Shown here piece by piece: positions 38,784 through 47,585 of a DNA stretch of 64,000 bases. The number at the start of each line of letters is the position of its first letter. The first letter of the stretch is position 1. The notes under the pieces are model-generated. The model was not told the origin of the DNA, made no database searches, and saw only the letters and a list, made by a program, of their open reading frames with translations. The DNA lies in the NCBI GenBank assembly GCA_002477465.1, contig DLPV01000026.1:14597-78596 (forward strand), in the 5' to 3' direction. The translations under genes were made by a program, and so were the position numbers. Origin of the DNA: Gammaproteobacteria bacterium UBA7449. GTDB taxonomy: Bacteria > Pseudomonadota > Gammaproteobacteria > Pseudomonadales > Pseudohongiellaceae.

Positions 38784-39704
38784 CTAGCTGGACTGGCCGC
38801 TGATGTGCGCGGCAATAGCAAGAATCTGTTGGGCCCGCTTGAGATGTGGCACATCAACCATTTGTCCCTTGTAGGCAAAAGCCATTTTGCCACTCGACTT
38901 ATTATCAGCGAAGGCGGCAAGCAATTCTTTGGCTTCGGCTATTTCGGCGTGGCTAGGCGTAAAAGCGCGGTTGACGATATCTACCTGACCCGGGTGAATC
39001 GTCAACTTGCCGCGGAAGCCCATAGCAGCAGCCTCCATACACTCTTTCTCCAACCCCTGGCTATCGGAAATTTCTACATATACTGAGTCGATAGGCTGCA
39101 CGTTACTGGCTACCGCAGCGAGCAAGCAAGTTGATCTCACATAGCGAAACACATCGAGGTACTCGCCTTCAGCATTACGTTTGGACTTGGATCCCAGCGC
39201 GCCGGCAAGATCTTCTGCGCCCCAGGTTAGTCCATCGACACGCGTATTACCCCCCATGGTTGGTAGTGCAAACACAGCCTCAGGCGCTTCCGTTCCAATG
39301 AGGAGCAATGAAATAGCGCCAGATGTCACTCCATATTTTTTCTCCAGAGCGGTAACAAGCTGATCTACCGCGTCAACATTGGCCCGATTAAGCACCTTCG
39401 GCAGCATTAAACCATCAGGTGTCGCTGCCACGACCGCCTCCAGGTCCTCCCTACCCCAAGGGGAGTCCTGGGGATTGATTCGCACCAGGCACTCTTGTGC
39501 GCCAAAATCGGCCTGACTAATCCAGTCGCACACGGCCTGCCGTGCATCGGCCTTGTTCTCCGGGGTGACGGAATCCTCCAGATCCAGAATCAGGCTGTCA
39601 GCATTCAAGCTCAATGCTTTCTCAAACATACGCGCATTGCCGCCAGGCACAAAATGCAGCGAGCGGCGCAAACCTTTGGCACCTGGGCTGGGAGTTACGG
39701 CCAT
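38784..39704 (-). CDS. CitE/HpcH-family acyl-CoA lyase (citramalyl-/malyl-/hydroxyacyl-CoA lyase-like)
   Basis: LRRSLHFVPG.N..M.EKA....AD..ILDLEDSV N-terminus typical of CitE-like lyases. It starts 9 nt before the ACAD gene. Confidence 0.8.
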   Translation of the reverse strand: MAVTPSPGAKGLRRSLHFVPGGNARMFEKALSLNADSLILDLEDSVTPENKADARQAVCDWISQADFGAQECLVRINPQDSPWGREDLEAVVAATPDGLMLPKVLNRANVDAVDQLVTALEKKYGVTSGAISLLLIGTEAPEAVFALPTMGGNTRVDGLTWGAEDLAGALGSKSKRNAEGEYLDVFRYVRSTCLLAAVASNVQPIDSVYVEISDSQGLEKECMEAAAMGFRGKLTIHPGQVDIVNRAFTPSHAEIAEAKELLAAFADNKSSGKMAFAYKGQMVDVPHLKRAQQILAIAAHISGQSS

Positions 39705-39706
39705 GA

Positions 39707-40177
39707 CTAGTCCTTGTTCTCTTGATGGGAGGGTGATCGCAACATCATGCCTTTACGCAGACAATCACAGACGACTTCGCCACGCTGATTTAGCGCAAGG
39801 TGACGAAACCAGACGATGCCACGGTCCGGCTTGGTCCGGGATTCACGCTTGTCCATAATTTCCGTGGAAACGCTGAGTGTGTCCCCAAGAAAAACAGGAT
39901 TGGGAAACTCTGTCTTTTCCATTCCCAGATTGCCAATGGTGGTGCCAAGCGTGGTGTCAGCAACCGACAGGCCTACTACCAGACCCAGGGTAAACAGGCT
40001 ATTGACGAGTATCTGCCCGCGTTGCGATTGACTGGCAAACTCCGCATCAAGGTGCAGAGGTTGTGGATTGTGGGTAAGCGCACTAAAAAGCAGGTTGTCT
40101 GTTTCAGTAATAGTACGATGGGGCTGATGCTCAAACACCATTCCCACTTCCAGTTCTTCGAAGTACTTGCCAGACAC
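39707..40177 (-). CDS. MaoC-family (R)-specific enoyl-CoA hydratase/dehydratase, single hot-dog
   Basis: YFEEL.VG..F.H....ITE.D...F..L..N.QPLH.D and a 156-aa hot-dog size. Its stop is 3 nt from the CitE-like start. Confidence 0.8.
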   Translation of the reverse strand: MSGKYFEELEVGMVFEHQPHRTITETDNLLFSALTHNPQPLHLDAEFASQSQRGQILVNSLFTLGLVVGLSVADTTLGTTIGNLGMEKTEFPNPVFLGDTLSVSTEIMDKRESRTKPDRGIVWFRHLALNQRGEVVCDCLRKGMMLRSPSHQENKD

Positions 40178-40286
40178 AGTTAAACCGCCAAAGACTCAGA
40201 CTTTTCAATAAGACCACATTGTAGTGGCAACATCCCATGGCATCCATTAAATTCCCTAAGCAAATTGGGACGGGGGATTGCTCGCA

Positions 40287-41135
40287 ATGAACGAAATCAA
40301 GCTGCAACAATGGATCGACAGAAATGAGACTGTCGATGACATTATAGGTCTCACACCTGCGCGGGCCCTGGCCGCCACCTTTAATCGCCAGACTGAGTTC
40401 TTCGCCCAGAGCCAGCTTCCCGCCCTTTGGCACTGGCTGTATTTTCTTGAAACTGCCGCCCAGCAAGACCTGGCCCCTGACGGCCACCGGCAGCGCGGTG
40501 GCTTTTTACCTCCCATCATCCTGCCTCGCCGCATGTGGGCAGGCAGTCAGCTGCAGTTTCACCTGCCAGTCAATATCGGCGACCCGCTCACTCGCAGTTC
40601 AACCATCCACAGCATCAAAGAAAAGACAGGCCGCAGTGGTAGCCTGGCTTTTGTTAAGGTTCAGCACGAGATTTCCCGGTCGGGACAGCTCTGCATCACC
40701 GAATCCCAGGACATCGTCTATCGCGAGGCTGCAAAGCCAGGCGCATCACTCCCTGCTGGCGAACCTGCAGACTCCGTCAGCGATTTCCAGCTGCAATTTC
40801 AGGCAGATTCACGCCTGCTGTTTCGATATTCTGCGCTCACCTTCAATGCCCACCGCATTCACTATGACACCCCATATGTTGCCGGGGTCGAGGGGTACCC
40901 TGGGCTTATCGTACATGGACCTCTGCTGGCGACCATGATGCTGGAGCTACTGTGGCAAAACCTGCCGGAGGCCCAGCTAAGCGCCTTCGAATTCAAGGCC
41001 CTTCGGCCCGTATTTGACAACAAAGCCTGCACCATCCGCGCCACCAGCCCTGACAGCGAGGGCAATGTCCGACTCTGGGTCGCAGACCATGAAGGAGCCC
41101 TCTGCATGCAGGGCCAGGCCATTATCCGACCCTAG
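40287..41135 (+). CDS. Double hot-dog MaoC/HTD2-like acyl-CoA hydratase (itaconyl-/mesaconyl-CoA hydratase-like)
   Basis: C-terminal half has FNAHRIHYDTPYVAGVEGYPGLIVHGPL (MaoC-like). The N-terminal half resembles the FAS1-like dehydratase N-domain. ATG at 40287. Confidence 0.65.
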   Translation: MNEIKLQQWIDRNETVDDIIGLTPARALAATFNRQTEFFAQSQLPALWHWLYFLETAAQQDLAPDGHRQRGGFLPPIILPRRMWAGSQLQFHLPVNIGDPLTRSSTIHSIKEKTGRSGSLAFVKVQHEISRSGQLCITESQDIVYREAAKPGASLPAGEPADSVSDFQLQFQADSRLLFRYSALTFNAHRIHYDTPYVAGVEGYPGLIVHGPLLATMMLELLWQNLPEAQLSAFEFKALRPVFDNKACTIRATSPDSEGNVRLWVADHEGALCMQGQAIIRP

Positions 41136-41217
41136 AGTGTTCTTCATTGCACCCGCCTTGTGATATTATGCGCGCGATTTCGGCCACGGCCGGAAATCAT
41201 AGAGACTTGAAAGTTAC

Positions 41218-41307
41218 GGAGAGTTGGCCGAGTGGCTGAAGGCGCGCCCCTGCTAAGGGCGTATAGGTTTACCCCTATCGAGGGTTCGAATCCCTCACTC
41301 TCCGCCA
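41218..41307 (+). tRNA. tRNA-Ser (anticodon GCU)
   Basis: GGAGAGTTGGCCGAGTGGCTGAAGGCGCGCCCCTGCTAAGGGCGTATAGGTTTACCCCTATCGAGGGTTCGAATCCCTCACTCTCCGCCA. Features are a 7-bp acceptor stem, loop CUGCUAA, a long variable arm and an encoded CCA. Confidence 0.95.
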
Positions 41308-41312
41308 CAACC

Positions 41313-41341
41313 AAAAAGGCCCCGCATTGCGGGGCCTTTTT
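41313..41341 (+). terminator. Rho-independent terminator of tRNA-Ser
   Basis: aaaaaggccccgc-att-gcggggccttttt. Confidence 0.8.
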
Positions 41342-41373
41342 GGTTGTGGCGCAAAGTGACCCAGGTAACCCCC

Positions 41374-41454
41374 CCCGGTTCGGCAAAACGCAAACGCATT
41401 TTGGACAGCCGCAGGCTGCCCCATCGGGGTGAGCCATCTGACTTGGTCAGATGG
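41374..41454 (+). repeat. tRNA-linked multi-hairpin intergenic element, copy 2
   Basis: cccggttcggcaaaacgcaaacgcattttggacagccgcaggctgccccatcggggtgag, followed by the perfect hairpin ccatctgac-ttg-gtcagatgg. It has the same orientation relative to its tRNA as copy 1. Confidence 0.8.
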
Positions 41455-41524
41455 CGAATCAATCCCTTCAAAGCCCCAATTCAGCGCTTACCCCGAAAAA
41501 ACCCAAATCCAACCCCCTAAAACC

Positions 41525-41556
41525 AAAAAACCCGACCACCAAACCGATGACCGGGT
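41525..41556 (-). terminator. Rho-independent terminator of csrA
   Basis: The minus strand reads acccggtca-(loop)-tggtcgggt followed by tttttt, 34 nt after the csrA stop. The stem includes two G-U pairs. Confidence 0.6.
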
Positions 41557-41589
41557 CTTCAATACTTCCAAACGCAGGCAGTAAGAGCC

Positions 41590-41787
41590 CTAAGACTCCC
41601 CTTCCCCCTGCGCATCACCACCTTTCTCTTGCTGGATGCGCTGGTAAATCTCTTCGCGGTGGACTGCCACCTCTTTGGGCGCGTTCACGCCAATTCTAAC
41701 CTGATTACCCTTAACCCCTAGCACGGTAACCGTTACATCATCCCCAACCATCAATGTCTCGCCGATACGGCGCGTCAGTATCAACAT
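41590..41787 (-). CDS. csrA: Carbon storage regulator CsrA/RsmA
   Basis: [52 protein letters not shown]. Confidence 0.97.
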   Translation of the reverse strand: MLILTRRIGETLMVGDDVTVTVLGVKGNQVRIGVNAPKEVAVHREEIYQRIQQEKGGDAQGEGES

Positions 41788-42124
41788 TGTAATTCTCCAT
41801 TACTCATTCCTTTGTGTACTCCTTCGGTGCAGGTCAAGCCCCGAAAGGCCTTCGGGCCAATTGCAACTGCCCGTTAACGGAGCGCGGTCTTTCTCCTGGT
41901 TGTTTCTCCCGATTGATTCGAGTCGTCCGACTCTTTCAAGTTTTCGAACTTGTCGGACAACCTCCGCCCTGCGCTCGCTGACCCACACGATACGGGCACT
42001 TCAGAGAGTTAGACCGGGTTGAGGTCAGTTTTCTGCCCGCAGCATATCCATAGTATCTGCCTATATTGACGCCTTGCCAACCGTTTAGAGCCGGAAATAA
42101 GTCACATTTAGCCGCTTAACTAAC

Positions 42125-43366
42125 TCAATTAATGCTGTTTTCGGCGTCCGGATCACCCAATTCGAAGGCACTGTGAAGCGCACGCACCGCAAGTTCGAGG
42201 TATTTTTCCTCGATGACAACGGAGATTTTGATCTCTGAGGTAGTGATGATTTGAATATTGATATTCTCTTCCGCAAGGGCTTTAAACATCTTGCTGGCAA
42301 TGCCGGCATGGGATCGCATACCCACCCCAACCAGAGAGACCTTGCAGATTTTCTTGTCCAGGATTACCTCGCGAGCCTCTAGCGAGTTAGACACGGAGTC
42401 CAGGATCGCCTTGGTCCTGTCACCCTCCGCACACTTCACTGTGAATGTGATGTCGTTGGTACCATCCGCTGCCACGTTTTGCACAATGACATCGACTTCA
42501 ATGCCAGCATCACTCACTGGACCAATCACGTTGTAGGCGATACCGGGAACATCGGGCACACCGGTTACGGTAAGCTTGGCTTCATCGCGTTCGAATGCGA
42601 TTCCTGCAATGCTTGGATCTTCCATTGCTGTGTCTTCCTCCAGACTAATAAGGGTACCTGGACCTTCTTCAAAAGTGGAAAGGACTCTTAACGGGACTTT
42701 GTATTTTCCCGCAAATTCCACTGAGCGGATTTGTAGCACTTTCGCCCCAAGGCTGGCCAACTCCAACATCTCTTCAAAAGTAATACTGCTGAGCAGGTGC
42801 GCATCTTCGACCACGCGAGGGTCAGTTGTGTAAACACCCTTGACATCGGTATAGATCTGACACTCATCTGCATCCAAAGCTGCAGCCAGTGCAACCGCGG
42901 TAGTATCGGAACCACCCCGCCCGAGAGTAGTTATACAACCATTCTCATTAACGCCCTGAAATCCCGCAACCACGACAATATTCTGTTGATCCAGTTGCGC
43001 CATGATTCGGGTGCTATCTATCTCACGAATTCGCGCCTTGGTATGCGCTTCATCAGTGAGGATGCGCACCTGACCGCCGGTGAACGAGCGCGCACCGTAA
43101 CCGCGCTTTTCCAAGGCCATGCAGAGCAAAGCTATGGTTACCTGTTCGCCGGTGGAAAGCAGAACATCCATTTCTCTTGGCGTCGGTTGCTCCATCATTT
43201 CCAGGGCCATGGCAGTCAGGCGATTCGTTTCTCCACTCATGGCGGATACCACAATCACCACGTCGTCGCCGCGGTCACGAAATTTGGCAATCTTTTCTGC
43301 GACCGCTTCAATTCGCTCGACTGAGCCGACTGAGGTGCCACCATATTTTTGAACAATCAGAGCCAT
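42125..43366 (-). CDS. lysC: Aspartate kinase
   Basis: MALIVQKYGGTSVG start (ATG 43366), VVVVSAM and C-terminal ACT domains. It sits in the conserved alaS-lysC-csrA order. Confidence 0.93.
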   Translation of the reverse strand: MALIVQKYGGTSVGSVERIEAVAEKIAKFRDRGDDVVIVVSAMSGETNRLTAMALEMMEQPTPREMDVLLSTGEQVTIALLCMALEKRGYGARSFTGGQVRILTDEAHTKARIREIDSTRIMAQLDQQNIVVVAGFQGVNENGCITTLGRGGSDTTAVALAAALDADECQIYTDVKGVYTTDPRVVEDAHLLSSITFEEMLELASLGAKVLQIRSVEFAGKYKVPLRVLSTFEEGPGTLISLEEDTAMEDPSIAGIAFERDEAKLTVTGVPDVPGIAYNVIGPVSDAGIEVDVIVQNVAADGTNDITFTVKCAEGDRTKAILDSVSNSLEAREVILDKKICKVSLVGVGMRSHAGIASKMFKALAEENINIQIITTSEIKISVVIEEKYLELAVRALHSAFELGDPDAENSIN

Positions 43367-43371
43367 GTCTG

Positions 43372-45981
43372 CTACACCTGGTTGAGGCGCTCCTCCAGCC
43401 ACGAATGCACGCTATCCAGCGCTGCGGGCAATTTTTCAGGTTCGCTGCCACCAGCCATAGCCATGTCTGGCCTTCCGCCACCTTTGCCCCCCACCTGTTG
43501 GGCGACCATATTCACCAGCTCACCGGCCTTCACCCGGTCAGTTAAATCCTTACTCACACCGGCCACCAGGTTTACCTTGCCATCACCTGCACTGCCCAGC
43601 ACGATCACAGAGGTACCCAGCTTGTTCTTTAATTGATCCATGGTGTCCCGCAGCGACTTGGGATTAAAACCCTCCAGCTTCGCAACCAACACCTTGGAGC
43701 CAGCCAATTCCACAGCACTTGCACTGAGGTCATCACCAGCGCTTGCCGCCATTTTCGATTTCATTTGCTCGAGCTGTTTTTCCAGGGCCTTATTCTGACT
43801 GATCAGACCAGTCAGCTTGTCGAGAATTTCACCCGTGCCGGATTTAAGCAGTGCCGCAGCATCACGAAGTATCGACTCTTCTCTCTCAACCAGCGCCAAT
43901 GCTCCATGCCCTGTGACCGCTTCAATCCTGCGCACACCGGCAGAAATACCTGACTCACTCGTAATCTTGAACAGGCCTATATCACCCGTTCGATCAACGT
44001 GACAGCCGCCGCAGAATTCAATGGAATAGTCGCCACCCATTGAAACGACACGCACCTCATCACCGTACTTTTCACCGAACAGTGCCAGGGCACCCTTTTC
44101 ACGAGCCGCCTCAATTCCCATGACTTCCTTGTCCACACCGGAGTTGCTAAGAATTTCGGCGTTCACCTGTTCTTCGATTTGTTTAAGCTCTGCCGCACTG
44201 ACTGGAGAATTGTGTGAAAAATCAAAGCGCAACCTGTCGGCTGCGACCAGGGAACCTTTTTGCAGGACGTGAGATCCGAGAACATTGCGAAGTGCTGCAT
44301 TCATTAGATGGGTTGCAGAATGATTCAAGGTAATCGCTGCGCGGTCATTGCCCGCAACCAATGCGCGCACCTGGTCACCAACATTCAGATTACCGCTTGC
44401 CAATTTGCCGCGGTGCAGGAATACATCCGACTGTTTCTGGGTATCCGATACTTCAAAGCGCGCACTGCTATTTTCCAGAAACCCGCTATCACCGATCTGC
44501 CCGCCGGATTCTCCGTAAAATGGCGTCGAATCGAGAATAACTGTCACCTCTGAATCAACAGGGGCAGTATGCAGTTTTTCATTCGCCAATGAATAGATCC
44601 CTACTACCCTACCATCGCCCTGAAGGCTGGTGTAACCGGTAAATGCAGTCGCAGCTAGATCTTCGAGGTTGAGCTTGTCTACAGCAGTGAAATGGCTCGC
44701 CGCACGGGCCTGTTCACGCTGCACCTTCATCGCCGCCTCAAAACCATCCATATCAAGAATGAGATCCTGTTCGCGGGCAATGTCTGCCGTGAGGTCAACA
44801 GGGAATCCGTAAGTGTCATACAATTTGAATACGGTCTCACCGGCGATAACGTCTCCCTGTAGTTCTGCGATCGCTTTTTCGAGAATGGCCATTCCATTTT
44901 CCAGTGTGCGCGCAAATTGCTGCTCCTCTTCCACAAGGACTTTTTCGACAAATTCCTGTTTTCGGTCCAGCTCTGGATAAGCCTCACCCATAGCGCGAGT
45001 AAGAGACGCCACAATTTCATAGAAGAAGACTTCTTTTACGCCGAGACGGTATCCATGTCTGACGGCGCGCCTCACTATGCGTCTGAGCACATAACCTCTG
45101 CCTTCATTTGAGGGAATGACGCCATCGACAACTAAAAAGGCACAAGACCGTATGTGATCGGCAATAACTCGAAGTGAGTTATTTTCGAGGTCTTGAGTAT
45201 TGGTAATTTTGGCGATATCGCGTATTAGTCCAGCGAACAGATCTATCTCATAGTTGCTGTGCACATCCTGAAGCACTGCCGCCAACCTTTCCAAACCGGC
45301 ACCGGTATCCACCGACGGCTTGGGCAATGGCATCATCGAGCCGTCGGCTTTACGTTCGAACTGCATAAAGACTAGGTTCCAGATCTCAATGTAGCGGTCC
45401 CCATCTTCGTCTGGACTACCTGGTGGACCACCGGGAACGTCGGGCCCATGATCATAGAATATTTCAGAACAGGGACCGCAGGGGCCGGTGTCACCCATCG
45501 CCCAGAAGTTATCCTTTTCCCCCAACCAGGAGAATCGGTCTGGGTCGACTTTGATTTCATCCATCCAGATCGCCGCAGCCTCATCGTCTTCCTTGTAAAC
45601 GGTGATCCAGAGTTTCTCCGGAGGCAATCCCAATTCAACAGTCAGAAATTCCCAGGCAAACTGAATAGCCTCACGTTTGAAATAATCTCCGAACGAAAAA
45701 TTCCCGAGCATCTCGAAAAAAGTATGGTGGCGAGCCGTATATCCCACATTCTCGAGATCATTATGCTTGCCACCAGCACGCACGCAGCGCTGTGAGCTGG
45801 TGGCCCTGACTCGTTCTCGCTTCTCATCGCCAAGGAATACATCTTTGAACTGCACCATCCCGGCATTAGTGAATAGCAGGGTTGGATCGTTCGCCGGCAC
45901 CAGTGGGCTGCTGGATACTATCTCGTGGTCTCGCGCGGCAAAGAATTCGAGAAATTTCTGTCTTATTTCTGCAGATTTCAT
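43372..45981 (-). CDS. alaS: Alanine--tRNA ligase
   Basis: [35 protein letters not shown]; class II motifs; editing-domain HSATH; C-terminal DHHA1-like region. 869 aa. Confidence 0.97.
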   Translation of the reverse strand: MKSAEIRQKFLEFFAARDHEIVSSSPLVPANDPTLLFTNAGMVQFKDVFLGDEKRERVRATSSQRCVRAGGKHNDLENVGYTARHHTFFEMLGNFSFGDYFKREAIQFAWEFLTVELGLPPEKLWITVYKEDDEAAAIWMDEIKVDPDRFSWLGEKDNFWAMGDTGPCGPCSEIFYDHGPDVPGGPPGSPDEDGDRYIEIWNLVFMQFERKADGSMMPLPKPSVDTGAGLERLAAVLQDVHSNYEIDLFAGLIRDIAKITNTQDLENNSLRVIADHIRSCAFLVVDGVIPSNEGRGYVLRRIVRRAVRHGYRLGVKEVFFYEIVASLTRAMGEAYPELDRKQEFVEKVLVEEEQQFARTLENGMAILEKAIAELQGDVIAGETVFKLYDTYGFPVDLTADIAREQDLILDMDGFEAAMKVQREQARAASHFTAVDKLNLEDLAATAFTGYTSLQGDGRVVGIYSLANEKLHTAPVDSEVTVILDSTPFYGESGGQIGDSGFLENSSARFEVSDTQKQSDVFLHRGKLASGNLNVGDQVRALVAGNDRAAITLNHSATHLMNAALRNVLGSHVLQKGSLVAADRLRFDFSHNSPVSAAELKQIEEQVNAEILSNSGVDKEVMGIEAAREKGALALFGEKYGDEVRVVSMGGDYSIEFCGGCHVDRTGDIGLFKITSESGISAGVRRIEAVTGHGALALVEREESILRDAAALLKSGTGEILDKLTGLISQNKALEKQLEQMKSKMAASAGDDLSASAVELAGSKVLVAKLEGFNPKSLRDTMDQLKNKLGTSVIVLGSAGDGKVNLVAGVSKDLTDRVKAGELVNMVAQQVGGKGGGRPDMAMAGGSEPEKLPAALDSVHSWLEERLNQV

Positions 45982-46221
45982 CTGATCAACTTTAAAGTAC
46001 TGATTATCGAATTAGAGTGATTGTCCGGAGCATCCGCCCCGCTCAAAAAGGCACAGAATTATAGCGCTTATTGACTGGAGGTTGCAGGCCTAAGTGCCGG
46101 TAAGTCCTGCAAAAAATGCGAGATTCTTTTGAATCCTGGCCAATTGTCAGGGTTTAACGGAGGACTCCATGCTGTTTATGGAGCGAACATGCTGGTTTTG
46201 GCACGAGAATTCAGCTTTGGA

Positions 46222-47346
46222 CTAGTCCGAATTCTCTTCATCGCTTCTTCCCAGCAGGCTCGATGAGCTTGGGGTAAAGCTGAAATTGGTGATTATTTTT
46301 TCTTTCGGCACTCGCAGATTGCCGTCACTGGATAGCATGATGGCCACTGGGCGCGTCTGCGGAAAGTGGCTGAGTACAATAGCCACAATGATGAGGAAGG
46401 GGACGCATAGAAACATGCCAGGGATTCCCCAAATGGCATTCCAAAGTGCGAGATTGAGCAGAATCACAACCGGACTGAGGTTAAAGGACGAGCCCATCAG
46501 TCGCGGCTCCAGAATATTCCCAATACAAATCTGCAGCGCACCAATGCCAAGTAGCACCAAAACAAATAGTGTATATCCATCCGATTGCGCCAGGGCTATG
46601 AGGGCCGGGAAAATCGTTGCGACAATTGAACCTACTGTCGGAATGAAATTAAGTAAAAAAATCAGGAGACCCCAGACTGCAGCGAAATCCACCCCTACCG
46701 TAGATAGAAATGTAAAACTCAATATTCCAGTCAGAGAACTGGTAAACATCTTGATACTTATGTATTTCTGGATATCGTCCCGAATGCGCGTGATGATGCG
46801 ATGCGCCTCATCTTCCCTATCAGGATTACTCACCAGCGCTGAGATTTTATTACTGAAATGCCCCTGCTCAAGGAACAAGAAGCCCAGGTAAATTAGAATC
46901 AGCCCTCCGTTGGCCAGGATGCCAGCAAAAGAGGAGGCTATCGATGTAGCGTAAGAGGGTATATTGATCCAATCGGTGATCAATTCACTGAGACTGCGCT
47001 CCTCGAAGGCAGCGAAGTCAATAAATGGAACTGACTCTAGCCGACGTGTCAAGTTCTCCTGATAGATAGGCGCCACGTCCAACACATCATCTGCCGAGGC
47101 ACTGAGAAAATTAACCAGCGCCCAAATCAATAGCAGAAAAGTCAGTAATGACGCCCCCAGGCAGACAGGCATCGGAAATTTGAAACCAGCAACTTCGATT
47201 CTGCTGAATCCGCGGGCCAGGGTATTGATCAGGTACCAGAGCGCAATCGCAATCACTAATGGCAACAGCAGTGACTCACCAACAACAAGAAGGTAAAAAA
47301 CCAGGGTTACCAGGACAGCCGAAGCCGTGAAATTGAGGACTTTCAT
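46222..47346 (-). CDS. AI-2E family transporter (PerM/YhhT, UPF0118)
   Basis: Eight or so TM helices and the conserved IPxVG/NxIP-type core (FIPTVGSIVATIFPA; NILEPRLMG). Confidence 0.8.
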   Translation of the reverse strand: MKVLNFTASAVLVTLVFYLLVVGESLLLPLVIAIALWYLINTLARGFSRIEVAGFKFPMPVCLGASLLTFLLLIWALVNFLSASADDVLDVAPIYQENLTRRLESVPFIDFAAFEERSLSELITDWINIPSYATSIASSFAGILANGGLILIYLGFLFLEQGHFSNKISALVSNPDREDEAHRIITRIRDDIQKYISIKMFTSSLTGILSFTFLSTVGVDFAAVWGLLIFLLNFIPTVGSIVATIFPALIALAQSDGYTLFVLVLLGIGALQICIGNILEPRLMGSSFNLSPVVILLNLALWNAIWGIPGMFLCVPFLIIVAIVLSHFPQTRPVAIMLSSDGNLRVPKEKIITNFSFTPSSSSLLGRSDEENSD

Positions 47347-47585
47347 AGGGTACTTTTTATAGCGTGCTTTTCATCGGGCACTTATCCTACGCAGAGATCA
47401 TGCCCACGAGTTTGAATGACAATCCTTCAATTCGCACTAGTCTGCAGCGCAGAGCCAGGTGTAGGTAATTTTTACACCTTCCTCAGTATTTGCGAAGAAT
47501 ATCACATTTTCATTGCCCCACCCTCATTAGTCTATCAGCCTGAAACCCTGTAAATACCTGGCTTGGTATCGAGGCACCTGAGATA

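Noticed and set aside
41144-41437. ORFs 41144-41437 (-) and 41232-41432 (+) of 97 and 66 aa
   Set aside because: They overlap tRNA-Ser(GCU), its terminator and the repeat element. Their open frames are by-products of structured RNA and repeat sequence.
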